A stretch of DNA of 59,633 nucleotides, counting the filler, from Sphacelaria rigidula (taxonomy: Eukaryota): the NCBI GenBank assembly GCA_964200075.2. It is 8 parts of 8 records of this genome, joined end to end, with 100 filler letters (N's around TTAATTAATTAA, not from the genome) between each part and the next. Parts side by side here need not be neighbours in the genome. Positions count along the whole stretch, not along the records: positions 22,402 to 29,768 come from CAXNAA020015234.1; positions 29,869 to 37,235 come from CAXNAA020015235.1; 6 more parts are not named here. The stretch is one strand, 5' to 3'. The notes below the pieces were generated by a model. That model had not been told where the DNA came from and made no database searches. It saw only the letters and a list, made by a program, of their open reading frames with translations. Made by a program: the position numbers and the translations under genes. Of this stretch, positions 25,901 to 37,335 are shown one piece after another. Position 1 is the stretch's first letter, and each line of letters begins with the position of its first letter.

Positions 25901-27591
25901 CATGATCCTGGAGGCTCATCTCCGGCGAAAACATGTCATAGGCGCTCTCTCTCGCACGCCGGAAACCATTCGCATTCTCAAACGAATAGGCTGAAATGTC
26001 GTCTCTCCTCTGATCCTAACGGTGAGATTATGATTACTGCGAGTTTCAGTCGACTCCCCGTGATATTTTTTAACCATACGGGAGTCCTCCCACCCGCAGT
26101 TCGTCCGTTCGTGCACCATAATAGCACAAATTGAGAACCCCACATCTGTATGTGACGCCAAAACGCGTTTCGCCGGGCATACGCCTTCTTACCTGGTACC
26201 TCATACTATATCCTTCGTTTTCATGGTGTGCCAAGCTAAGAGCCCGTTTCGACGAGGCAAGAAAAACGTGAGAACGCGCCGTGAGAATGATTCTGGCGGT
26301 TTTGGTTTTTGAAAGAAATGGTTTTACCTTTCCCATTGGTTCAGAGCTGATGGGCAACCAATTGGAAGGACACGAGACGAAAAAAAAAAGTCGTTCTACA
26401 AAAGCCGACGCGGTGGGGGAGTGTTGGTCATGATCCAATCCCCGAGAAGGATGGGTTTGGCCCCTCGAGACCACGAACGCGTCCCGAAGGGAGGGGCTGA
26501 AGGTGTGACGGAAAAACAAGAAAACAAATAAGCGAGCAACCGGATTCGCTGAGGAAGGAGACTCTGAAATCTCGGGGAGGCAGTTGGTGTCATGCGACGA
26601 AATAATGCGTGTGTATGGCTGGTAATGACAAGACCCCGACGCCTATTTCACACCAGAGAAACAAATATCGTTGTGATCGTTATCTGGGGAAGTGTATGTT
26701 TAGCCTGGCTGCCTTTTTTTTTGTTTTCGCTCGCTGTATACTGGTGGCTGCTCTCTTTTCCATTCACCTTCCTCCATTATCTCAAGTTTCCTTCATCATA
26801 GCGAGCTTTTCCCAATCGTTTTACCATAGGTTTGTCTATCTTGTGGCTAACGACTGCTGGGTCTGTAGCGAATCAGTTGACCCTTTTGGGACCGGACTCC
26901 AACAAACCAGGGGCGAGGACCCGGCTTGCACGCAGGGGCCAATTTTCACTAAAAAAAACGACTGAAAAGGATGCCGATTCACAAGAGGCTCTCACCCAGG
27001 TTAGTTCACCCCGGTTCCAGAAGGGTTAATGTGCGACAATCGACCGATTAATCAATCAAGGCCAACTGACCGAATGATGCCGCCATAGACCCTCCCTCCC
27101 CGAACCAGCCCCAAAGCTGCCACGAATAAAATGGCCACACAGCGCGTGATAGCTGGTTTTCAGATTGCATGAAGCGAATCATATGAGCGACATGGGCAAA
27201 AACGACCCCCAAGTGTGGGAGTCTCTCACCTGCTCGGTGTGCTCGGCATTTGTAATTTTGATTTACATGTGGGTTGTGCCTCCTCAAACCACCCCGGCCT
27301 CTGGGGAAGGCTACCACGGCATCAGTCGACCACAGCATAACTCCCCCACGAAAAGAATATGGATACCAGACTCCTTTTCATTTTTTGCGCCCTTTCTGAG
27401 CCACGACTGCATGCACCACGACCCTACCGATCTAGTAGATCAAAACATTATCAATTACTGACCATGCCCCATGGCCCAGGATTCATGCCCACTAGGAGCG
27501 CCCTGCCCACAGATCGGCCTCCGTATCGTCTTGTATACGCCTCATGAGTTGCGGAAGCATACTCGAGCACATTGTAGGAGCATGTCACCGC
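22997..27591 (-). CDS. SMUG1: Single-strand selective monofunctional uracil-DNA glycosylase, internal exons 27463-27591, 25633-25764, 24088-24151, 22997-23069
   Basis: Spliced product: [132 protein letters not shown]. It carries the SMUG1 motifs GMNPGPx[23 protein letters not shown] and NxCPL. GT-AG phases 0,0,1 are consistent. First and last exons were not found in the contig. Confidence 0.95.
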
Positions 27592-27789
27592 CTGCTTGCT
27601 CGTGCCTCTAAACCGTTTGCCTTGCCCGCGCCGGTGTGATGAGCGACAAAACGGAAAATCAGGAAAAACGAGAGAGGGAAAAAGGGGGCGTTTTGTTGTT
27701 GCGAAGATCTGAGAAAAATTCGGAATCGAACCTGACCATCGGGAACCAATCGACAAAAAATGACGTCCAGTGTCACGACCAGGTGGACG

Positions 27790-28105
27790 GGAGGGGGGAG
27801 GGGGTGTACTCATGACCATGCATGCCATAGTGATATCATCATTGACTTCGCATCCCTACAAAGCCGGGACGGAGCACGCCGGGTTTTCGCCGGATCAGGC
27901 TCGCGATCAGTCACCAAGCGCGAAGCGCCGTGGTATGGTGGGCGAGTCGCATGAAGGGCGACCTGCATCCTGCTAAGATTCTTCGGTCCAAAGCCTACCG
28001 ATTATATCGCATTCGGATGACAGCCTCCAATCAGTTGCTTCATTTTCCGATGTCACCACTTACAGAGACAGCCACGGGTTTCGCACTGCCTCATGGGTGT
28101 CTCAC
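27790..28105. repeat. Dispersed repeat family member
   Basis: 27790-27860 matches the reverse complement of 7468-7540 (another contig). 27920-28100 matches the reverse complement of ~29590-29768. 27852-27895 recurs at ~28319-28355. Confidence 0.75.
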
Positions 28106-28489
28106 GACATGAACACCACGTGGTATGACCATCCCCTTTGCGCAGATTTGAGGTTTTAGAACCCCGCACAGTATGATCTGGCTCGGCCACCATCATGGTT
28201 ACCGCAAAAAAACATGAGCGCGCAAAAAAGGCCGGCAACCTGCTTGCCTAGCTCAGGCAGTGAGTGGCGTGTCTCACAGAGTCATTGCCAACCGACGTCA
28301 ACCCCACAGGGGGTCCCGTCCCTACAAAGCCGAGCACGCCGGGTTTTGGCCGGACGGGTGAGCGACGATATTCATGGCGGCATGAACAGCTGGGCAGGAA
28401 GTCGCTCGTGAGAATAGAATGAAGGAAAAAAAATAGAGGAAAACGCTCTTAACGAAAGAAATACCCAAGCGAATGGACGGACCCCATTC

Positions 28490-28490
28490 G

Positions 28491-28533
<43 letters not shown>
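28490..28533. repeat. (GTT)n microsatellite
   Basis: Perfect trinucleotide run. Confidence 0.95.
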
Positions 28534-29768
28534 CATTGTCGCTGTCGTTGATATTGTCGCGTTTGTGATGTTGATGGTGGACCACGATGCTTGCGATGTG
28601 AAAGGTATCGGAGCGCAAAAAAAAAAAGGGTCGCGGTTTTTCAAGGAGATGTTGCCGTGTGTCCATTGACCAAACAACAATAAACGAATGGTGATTGATG
28701 ATTGACGGAGAACAACATCAATGTATGCCAGTAAATTGGAGGGAGGGTACGTGTTATGGCTACTCGGTGCTGACGATACGTCATGCTGCGACCTCTCAAT
28801 TATACGAAGGGATTGAGGTTTGCGCGAACCGGCATGTTGTCCGCGTTCGGACGCGACAGATACTTTAGAAAAGATAAAAGGAGGCGTCGTTGCACAGTAC
28901 GACAGTACTGCGTCATCGTAGAACATGATCTTCCATCCTCAGCACAGCGCAACACGACATATATTTCCGCCAGTTTTCACCACCAGGTGACCGGTGTGTG
29001 AACTATACTGCACGGAGCTGTCCTGTCAATGAGTATATTAAAAACTTGTCATACAGGTGAAGTCATGTTCCAGCTGTGCCCACTTTCTTCTAAGGCGATG
29101 ACTGCTCCCGGTTCGAAGTTCTTGTAACCTACGCTGCACAGCTGACGGCGCAAATTTCATGCGCAAAACTCGGAAGACTAGCAATCGTGTGTATATAACG
29201 AGGAACACCAACGCTTTGAGCGCCAGCAGGTAGATCATCCTTTACCGCATGCCCTTACCAGTCTCTCATAAGAAGAAAACGATGCCAGCTCGACGGCTGG
29301 AAACGCCTGAGGGTGCTTCTTTCAGGGGCTGAACAAACGTTTAGAAGAGGAGAGCAAACACAGCATCGTGCAACATTTCAATTGTTTGTGCACCATCCTG
29401 CACTACACATGTATTGAGCGGAGAGCCGGGAGGAAAGCTGGCCCTCCTTTTGCTTTTGTTGCCTGTTGCCCTCTAGAGCGATGGCTCCTATTCTTACGCT
29501 TTATTTGATCTTATTTTCTGTCCCTTCTCCCCTTCTGCTGTGTCGTGTCCTGCCTTTCTCGTGTTCCTCCACCCCCCCCCATGCCATGGTATGCACCCAT
29601 CAGGCAGTGTAAAAGCCGTGGCTGTCTCTGGAAGTGGCTATACCAAAGAAAAAAGCAACTCATTGTTGGCTGTCATCCAAATGCAAGATGAATAAGTAGG
29701 CTTCGGGCCGAACAATCTTGGCAGGATGGGGAGCACCCTTCGTACGGCACGCGGGTAAAACCACGGCG

Positions 29769-29868
29769 NNNNNNNNNNNNNNNNNNNNNNNNNNNNNNNN
29801 NNNNNNNNNNNNTTAATTAATTAANNNNNNNNNNNNNNNNNNNNNNNNNNNNNNNNNNNNNNNNNNNN
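29769..29868. other. Artificial contig linker
   Basis: Same 100-bp spacer. Confidence 0.99.
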
Positions 29869-29883
29869 GGACCACGCAACAGA

Positions 29884-29973
29884 TCTTTTGTTCAGGAAGC
29901 GAACAGTTTACCCATTGAACCAGTGAGCGCTCACTGGTTCAATGGGTAAACTGTTCGCTTCCTGAACAAAAGA
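29884..29973. repeat. Perfect 90-bp palindrome, no spacer
   Basis: tcttttgttcaggaagcgaacagtttacccattgaaccagtgagc | gctcactggttcaatgggtaaactgttcgcttcctgaacaaaaga. Confidence 0.95.
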
Positions 29974-31890
29974 GTAGAAAAAATACGGTGTATACAGGGT
30001 CCTGTAGCGATTTTTTCATCTTGTTCACATCATGCTCACAATATTTCATGTTCGGCTGGATTTTGTTTAAAAGCTGTTCTTGGAACCTCGACGCCAAGCG
30101 AATCTGAAAATTGGACTACAGATTCCTCTCGGTGGGGTGATGAAAAGTGTCCAGGACGTGTGATGGTGGTATTCCCTGTTTGGAGGCCAAAAATTGGGAT
30201 AAATATCCCAAAACTGAAAAGTGCAGCCGATGAAAAAACAACCGTAAGAAACGGTCTTAGAATCCAAACTGGCCGCTGTCAGCAAAAAAAACTTTGTCGA
30301 AACGTTCTTCTTGTTTTCTTGTGCCGTTAACTCTTTGATCTCCAGCATCCCCCTTCCCCCCCCGCAGATTGGTCCGTCTCGAAAGGGATACCTGGTCAGT
30401 GGTCAAACGACTGGGGCGAGCAACAAATTAGTACGCCCCCCCCCTCCCCCCCCGCAGATCACCAAGTATCGCCCATGGTCAAATTTGGCTCCGAACTTCT
30501 TGATTTTCAAGTGGCACGAGACGCCTATTCAGCTGAACAGGTGGATGTTGGATGGAAATTAGTACACGAACACCCCTGACTGGGTTTTCTGCCCAAGCCA
30601 GGTGGGTATACGTTTCGGTATGCTGAGTACGCGGTGCATGCTGTATCATGCGCACGTAAATGATGCATGGCTACTGCTTCTGAAGCAAAATACTTTCAGC
30701 CTTATTCGGTCCTCGTACTTTCAAGGTGTTGTTAGCGCACCTCCTACCCGACGGTACCGCGCTGCTGCTGTGCATTACCCGCTACAGACGGGCTTTTCCA
30801 TCAGCGGCGAGTAAATACAACGAACAGTACATTAGTGCAACTGTGCTCTTGCTCCCCACTGCAAACGGTCCAGTTTATACACTGGTTCCATCTCTTTTCA
30901 GAGTAAGCGTGCTCGTCCAATGAGATAGCTTGACAATGGGGTGCGGATTGTAGCCGTAAAACGGTGCAGGTGACGATGCCGTAGTTGGGTTCGCTAGAGG
31001 GACAAATCGAAGGCGAAGCTGGTGAAAAAGATGAAGGAGAGAGAAATCTCCGCACTTTCTGGTTAGAAATGACCCGATTTTGCCCGATTTCGGTCATTTG
31101 TACCACTTTCGGCTGGACTTGAACAATCTTTCAATCTTTCGCGGGTGTCATCGGAAACAAGAGATGGCGGCTTGATCCAGTATACGTCGACGATGCGCAG
31201 GCAGCGTAGTTTCACGCGAAAAATTAAAAGAAGAACGTTATCCACGTTTTCTTGTATTCTTGGCAATTTCTCCAGACCTTCCAGTTTTTCTGCACTTTTT
31301 GTCCGAATAGCGACGAAGTAAGGCCATTTTCGGGACGACGGATCTTCTTTCGGCCGTTTGGCCGCCTGGATCAAGTGGCAACGTACAAAAGCGAACGGCT
31401 TTTGACAAAGAAGACACGCCAAGAAAGCAATGTAACGAACGAAAAAAAAATCAGACACCAGTTATAGTCCGTACAAAACTAACTAAGCGAACTTATGGGA
31501 CAGAGCAAGTACAACAATAGTGCGCAGCTCTTGACGACATGAGAGAGAGGCTAGGCAGGTGGCAAAGATTATGCAGCAAAAGGACCCTCTCTGCGATCGT
31601 TCGAGATAGTCACTGTCGGAGCAACAGTACACAAAATTCAATACACAAAGCGGCGCATCGGTACGTCGGCGTACATGGGCTCACTCTGATTTGCGGTCAA
31701 ACGGTCAAGGCTACACGTGGAACAGTTCCATGCGCTAGGGGACGCGGCCGGTCAATGAGTCCACCTACAGGTCACATGGGCAACGGCATCACCAAATTCA
31801 ACAACTCCTGCCCTTTACTGTAATAGCGTTACTGTCAATATCCTACCCACCAGAACCAGCACCGCAATCGTTTGAATTCCGTGAACCCAC

Positions 31891-33090
31891 CGTCGGGTGA
31901 TCGTCCATGGCGATATCCGTAACAGTTGTAACCGTCGCATCGTCAGAAAAAGAATCCTTGTCGTCGTCGGCGCCCTTCCTTCCTGCGGCATCCAGCTTCC
32001 TTAAAAGCGTAGTCTTGCCGCAGCACTGCGGCCCAATAGTTATCAACAACGGCGACTTACTGCTGTTTCCTCCGCCATTATCTCCGATGGAGTTCCTTGC
32101 CGAACAAACTGTGCACGAATCCCGGGAGAAAGATGATACAGCAGTCATCGCGGGTTGTTGCTGCTGCCGCTGCCCGCTTGCTGCGGACCATTGCTGAACG
32201 GAATAAAGCGGACCGTTTGGGTGTTCCAATTCGGAAGAAAATGATTTTGTGACCGTGATTTTTGCTTTTCGTCCGGACGGCGGCGCGGCGGTGGCCGCCG
32301 CCGACCAACCTGGTGAGTATCGCGTGCTCAAGGGGCGTGCGTAGCCGCTGCTGCTTCCCCTTCGCGAGCTCTTGAGTTCGGAGGAAAGGTTCCACTGGGA
32401 CCGATATCGCTGCCGCAGCTCCGATTTCGCCGTTGCTGTCCGCCGTCCCGTCTGTATGCGGTCTTTGTCTCGTCCGGTGCTCGGGCGATTATTGTGCTCC
32501 CGGTTGTTGCATCTCGAATCCAAGCCGGTGTGTGAAGGCACGCCGCCGGGATAAACGAAAGCAATTTTTCTGGCCCACCCCCTTTTGGCCAGCCGCCGCG
32601 AAGATTGACACGGCGTATCCACTACCCCACGCAGGCCCACAGCTGTCGCTGCCGCTGCGGTTTCGCTGGTTACCGCGCAGCGACATGCAAGTTGATCCAA
32701 ACCGTACACTGATCGTTCTTGCAGACACTCTGCAGCTGACACGCGGCAGGCTGGCAGCCGATCTCGATCCTGACAACGTCGGCAATCTGCTCTTGCCGAC
32801 GTGTAGTCAGGAGCCGATAGCGGTGGAATGACCCTTGGATCGTCGATACGCGCGTAGTGCACGGTTGCACCCACCACATCGCTTGGTGACGCTCGCCCAT
32901 CACACGAGTCGAAGTTTATGCCGGTCCACATTATCGCCAACAGACACAACGGCATGTGTTTGACCACCGCATTGACCATCTTGTAGTGCCGAGGCCTCGC
33001 AACCCGACTATCGTTGTTGCTTGTTGTATCTGAACTTCGTGCACTAATTCTTATGCTTCGCCGCCTGCTGTATCGGCGGTGCTGAGGCAT
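31891..33090 (-). CDS. First exon of a P-loop NTPase/kinase-like protein with long disordered N-terminus
   Basis: Long ORF with Walker A LLITIGPQCCGKTTLLRKL, then VTDIAMDDHPT and donor ACG|gtgggt at 31891/31890. Hydrophobic segment PLCLLAIMWTGI near the N-terminus. Start codon uncertain (33174, 33090 or 32979). Confidence 0.7.
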
Positions 33091-33586
33091 AGTGCTATTG
33101 TGCGGCGACAGTGTTGTACACCTTGCTTGGTCAGAATCCGGCCGCAAATCAACCAGCTTTATGGTGTGTATCATGAGTGTCTCGATATGTATCGCGATAT
33201 TTTTCAGTCATGTTCTAACAAAATGGATTCCCATTAACCGGCATTTGTTTTGTGCACAGATTGCTTTAAAATTATTATTATATGTATTGTTCTATACTAT
33301 ATCTATGTGGCTATTCTACACCACAATAGGTGGGATGACAATACACACATAGAAGTTCAGTATAGAGGCTGCATTTGAGCTGGAATATCAGAGAAATCAC
33401 TAAGGAAATGCATATACCTCGTCCACTGCGGGTGTTGATGTAGTGAAAACCCTAATGTGGTAATCTACAGTAGCAAAACCAGCTCTCAGCTAGGTAGGAC
33501 ACTGGCCAAGAAATTGTGTGTGCTTGCCTGACCCTCTTACTTTTCAAGGAACTGCACCCGGTTGTTGGGCACTAGCTGCCGTGGCC

Positions 33587-33778
33587 ATGCCGATCGCAAG
33601 ATGGGCTGTCCTTTCAATGAACGGGGAAGAAAGTTGGTGCGGGCGCAGGAAACACCAGGTGGTATCTCACAGGGGGTCGCTGTATCTGCTTGGAGGATAC
33701 ACGTCTGCTGGGGTTTTGGGGGTGGGGTCAGGACCGGATGCTAACCTCAACGATGTCTGGAAGTCGACGGAAGGCATG
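33587..33778 (+). CDS. Exon of a kelch-type beta-propeller protein
   Basis: MPIARWAVLSMNGEESWCGRRKHQVVSHRGSLYLLGGYT...ANLNDVWKSTEGM fits the kelch-like pattern W-x2-R-x2-H...LY-x-LGG...NDVW-x-S-x-(D/E)G. Donor ATG|gtacgt. Confidence 0.75.
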
Positions 33779-35154
33779 GTACGTTCGTAAGTGATTCCGA
33801 GAACCGATGTGCCGCGTGTTGTTGTTGGGGTACCTATACTGCTTGAATGGTGAAGATTCTACTATGTACCGTCTGCCCTGCATCTCCCGCACGCTTCTAT
33901 CCTGCAGTGGTGACTGATCTGTAACTGAACATGCAGTACCAGATGTTTTTTTTTTTCAGGTCACGTTTTTCATCGCTCAAGCAGCTTCGAGAATAGCCTT
34001 GACCAAGCTTCCCTAAAATCAAGCATATAGCGTGCTGGTGAAGAGAACATATGTGACCGCGTTGTATACCATCACAATGTGGGCGCATGCGCTGTCTGTG
34101 CCTGGTTGCTGGCGGTAAGGACAACAGTACGACTACCGTACAGCAGCAACAGTACAGCCAGTTGTAGTTGTAGTGAAGAAGGACCAAGAGAAAGTTATGT
34201 CGGACCGAGCATTATTCTCCTCTGGATCTTTCGTGTGAAACGAATCAAGAAAGCCTGGACGAGCCTACAAATCCCATTTATCTCGCGAAACCCTCTGAAT
34301 CTTACACAGCAAGGGTAGATCATTCGTTGGATCGGCATCAATGTCACTTTAATTAAGTATGCATGATCCAGATCGACTACCCTCGCGGTCGAATGGTAAT
34401 CTCATCATTCGACACAGTATTTTTTGCTGGCTGCATTTTCGGGCGTGGGGGAGCGAGACGCCGATGCGCACCATCGCTCAACCAACACACTCGTTTTCAT
34501 CATGAGTCTTTTCACTCCGCAGATGAAGTGCACAGTGCGGTGTTGTCTTTCCGCGCTCTCTTTTTGTACAGTAGTCCCGTCTGACACCCAAGGCTTTGTG
34601 ACTACTGAGCACCAGACCTGCCTTCGGAACACTCCAAGGCTGACAACCCTGCAGAACAACGCAGTGGTGTTATTGGGGATGTTTGGGCAATTCTGCGGCA
34701 AATACACCGAAGTCAATCTAAATCACAGACCAATATTTCGCTTGCTTTCACGGCTCAGGTTGACCTTTGCCACCGCCAATATTTCGCTTGCTTTCACGGT
34801 AGAGGGGTACAGTAATAATGGAGCATAATAATTTGGCGCATACCTACACCTACACAGTTACATTTGCCCGGCTGTGGTATACCGGTGCCAGTGCAGCCGC
34901 GGGCTTGTGTACAAATACCTGACGTCGTCCGTGGACACAAATAGGAGCGCTGGTGGGAGACTGTACTGTATACTTGTACAATGGAGGGAGACTGCACTAT
35001 GCGTGTACGGAAGTAGAGCCTACACACAACAGTCATGGGTAAGAATGGGCCCGTTTTCGGGTACTATATTCATAGAAAGTGCAAGCTGAACGCTATACGC
35101 GTCAGAAGTGGTTCGTAATCCAACGAATCAAATCAATGGAAAATATACGGCTCA

Positions 35155-36481
35155 CCTCCCACAGATAGGGGTAACTCAAAGTAAATAAAAACATTTTCGC
35201 GCGAAGCGCGATTATGGCCGAGCGTTTGAAAATCGCCACTGGGCAAAAATCGAGGACCCACCTGAAATCAGGGAAAGAACTATCGAATGGGACGTGTCCT
35301 TTACCACTGTGCTGCAGCACAAACACACTCATGCTCTGTATTGTGTGCCGTAGATGTCGCTGCGCTGTGGCGTCTTCAGACCTTTGTGAAGACGGTTTGA
35401 TCTCCGCTGGGAGTGCCCGAGTTGCTTTATAGTGTAATTCCGTTCGTCTCTATGAAGAACAATGTTGTCGGCACGCAGTGCTACCCACCGTTGAAACGTT
35501 CATGGTGTGTTGGCTGTTTCGTCTCGAGTTCAAGGAATAAGGCGCTCCCCAAACCCATCATTTCTACACTGCAGTTCTCCCTGTGCTGTTGGGCATCTAA
35601 ACACTCTACGATAATCATGCACTGGAGAGTGCGTACTGCTGCATGCCGTGTTTCGGGCTGCACAAAATTGGGGTGGGATCAAGGTCCTGTCGGAACAAAG
35701 GAAGGTTGAAACAATCGTCACATGACGGCTGTACAGCTGTCTGTTGAGTCTTCTCTGGTACTTCAATTATAGTCGGGTGCTGTGATAGGGGGAGACACGC
35801 CAGGCGGGTGCGTGCAGGTTGGGACAAACAAACTGAGCCTGCACGGAGCTGCTGTATCCTCGTTTATTGCCGGTAGCAGCTGTCTGTGTCGCAGCGGCGC
35901 AATGTGTGGACCAATCAACGCTGCTTTTTTATTTACATGATTTTCATATATCTCATCTGGTTCAAGAAAGGTCGCCGCATTGTGGTGTATTTAAAGACTC
36001 TGATTGGTCGAGAAACTTTGCAACTCATAAATCGTGCCCCTATCTGTGGGCCCAGTGCCAAATATACGCGTCACCGACAAATGCCAAAAATGGCAAACTG
36101 AAGATGTACCGGGACAGAATCTGCATAATTAAATTAGCAGGCGAAGCCCTCATCTGAAGCCGAACCTCCCACACACTGATTAGCATACCCAAAGTGAATT
36201 GAAAGAAGCGCGACTATGGCCGAGTGTTCAAACTTCGGCACTGGCCCAAGATTGAAGACTATCCACAATCAGACGGAGGACTAACACATGGGACATGTCC
36301 TGTTTCACTACTGTACCGCGGCAAAAATACTCAAGCCCTCTCTCATGTGTCGGGGCTTCCACTGTCTGTTCTGTTGTGGTGTGCTCACGCATTGCGAGCA
36401 CGGTTTGTATCGCATGGGCTGCGATTTTATCGTTGTGTTCATCTTTGCAGAAAACACTGTCATTAGTCGGCACGCAGTGCT
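35155..36481 (+). repeat. Two diverged direct copies of a ~320-bp dispersed repeat (35155-35481, 36165-36481)
   Basis: Shared anchors cctcccaca, gaagcgcga-tatggccgag, atgggac-tgtcct and terminal gtcggcacgcagtgc. Confidence 0.65.
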
Positions 36482-36557
36482 GGCTGGACTCTGTTGAAAG
36501 CTTCATGGGTGTGCTGACTGTTTCGTAGGGCTGTGAACTGAGTGCTTTGGCCAGTTA

Positions 36558-37235
36558 AGTTTAAACTGGCCGCGCCAGCGGTCAGTACATCGATTGTTTT
36601 CCAGTTAATCGGAGTCAATCGGCGAAGACGATTAACTTGAAAACAATCGGCGGCGGCGGGAGCGCTGCCGGAGGCGAGAAAAATTGCGTCATTTGTAGAG
36701 TTATGAACTGGCTGCCGTTAAACTGGTCAGTTACAGTCAACTGGTACAACTGGTTAACGATCGGTTTCGTGACAAGTTGAACCAGTTATTTCACCCGACA
36801 TATGTGTCATACTCATATCAATATTTCCGAAGTATTGTCGTACTACAATGGCCATGGGGATGCTGTTACAAAGGCGACGACATGACCCCACAGCGCATGT
36901 ACCTAGATGCTTTGTATGGTGCACTACTCTCTCACCGCTTCGTTTTTTCAGTTCACATCGCAAAGCTTAGTGACCTTTGTTTCCCATGCATACATACTTT
37001 TGTGCACTGATTACACGCTCGAATTGCTGGCGCTAGACAGCTAGAAATTACCGCGATTTTGAAGCGATGTGAAGCCGAATGGCGTAATTTTCTCGCCTCC
37101 GGCGCCGCCTCCAGTGGGACCCCCTCACTAGCCGGGGGGGGGGGGGGGGTTTAGGCGGGCCCCCCACGTTGCCTTACCAAACAACGCTGGGGGGGCCGCG
37201 GGGCGGCTTCGCCGCTAGTTATCCAGTTTAAACTG
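36558..37235. mobile_element. Non-autonomous DNA-transposon/MITE-like element
   Basis: Terminal agtttaaactgg ... ccagtttaaact. Internal inverted pair gccggaggcgagaaaaattgcgtcatt (~36667) / aatggcgtaattttctcgcctccggc (~37078). Internal hairpin cgattgttttccagttaatcg / cgattaacttgaaaacaatcg. Confidence 0.55.
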
Positions 37236-37335
37236 NNNNNNNNNNNNNNNNNNNNNNNNNNNNNNNNNNNNNNNNNNNNTTAATTAATTAANNNNNNNNN
37301 NNNNNNNNNNNNNNNNNNNNNNNNNNNNNNNNNNN
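37236..37335. other. Artificial contig linker
   Basis: Same 100-bp spacer. Confidence 0.99.
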
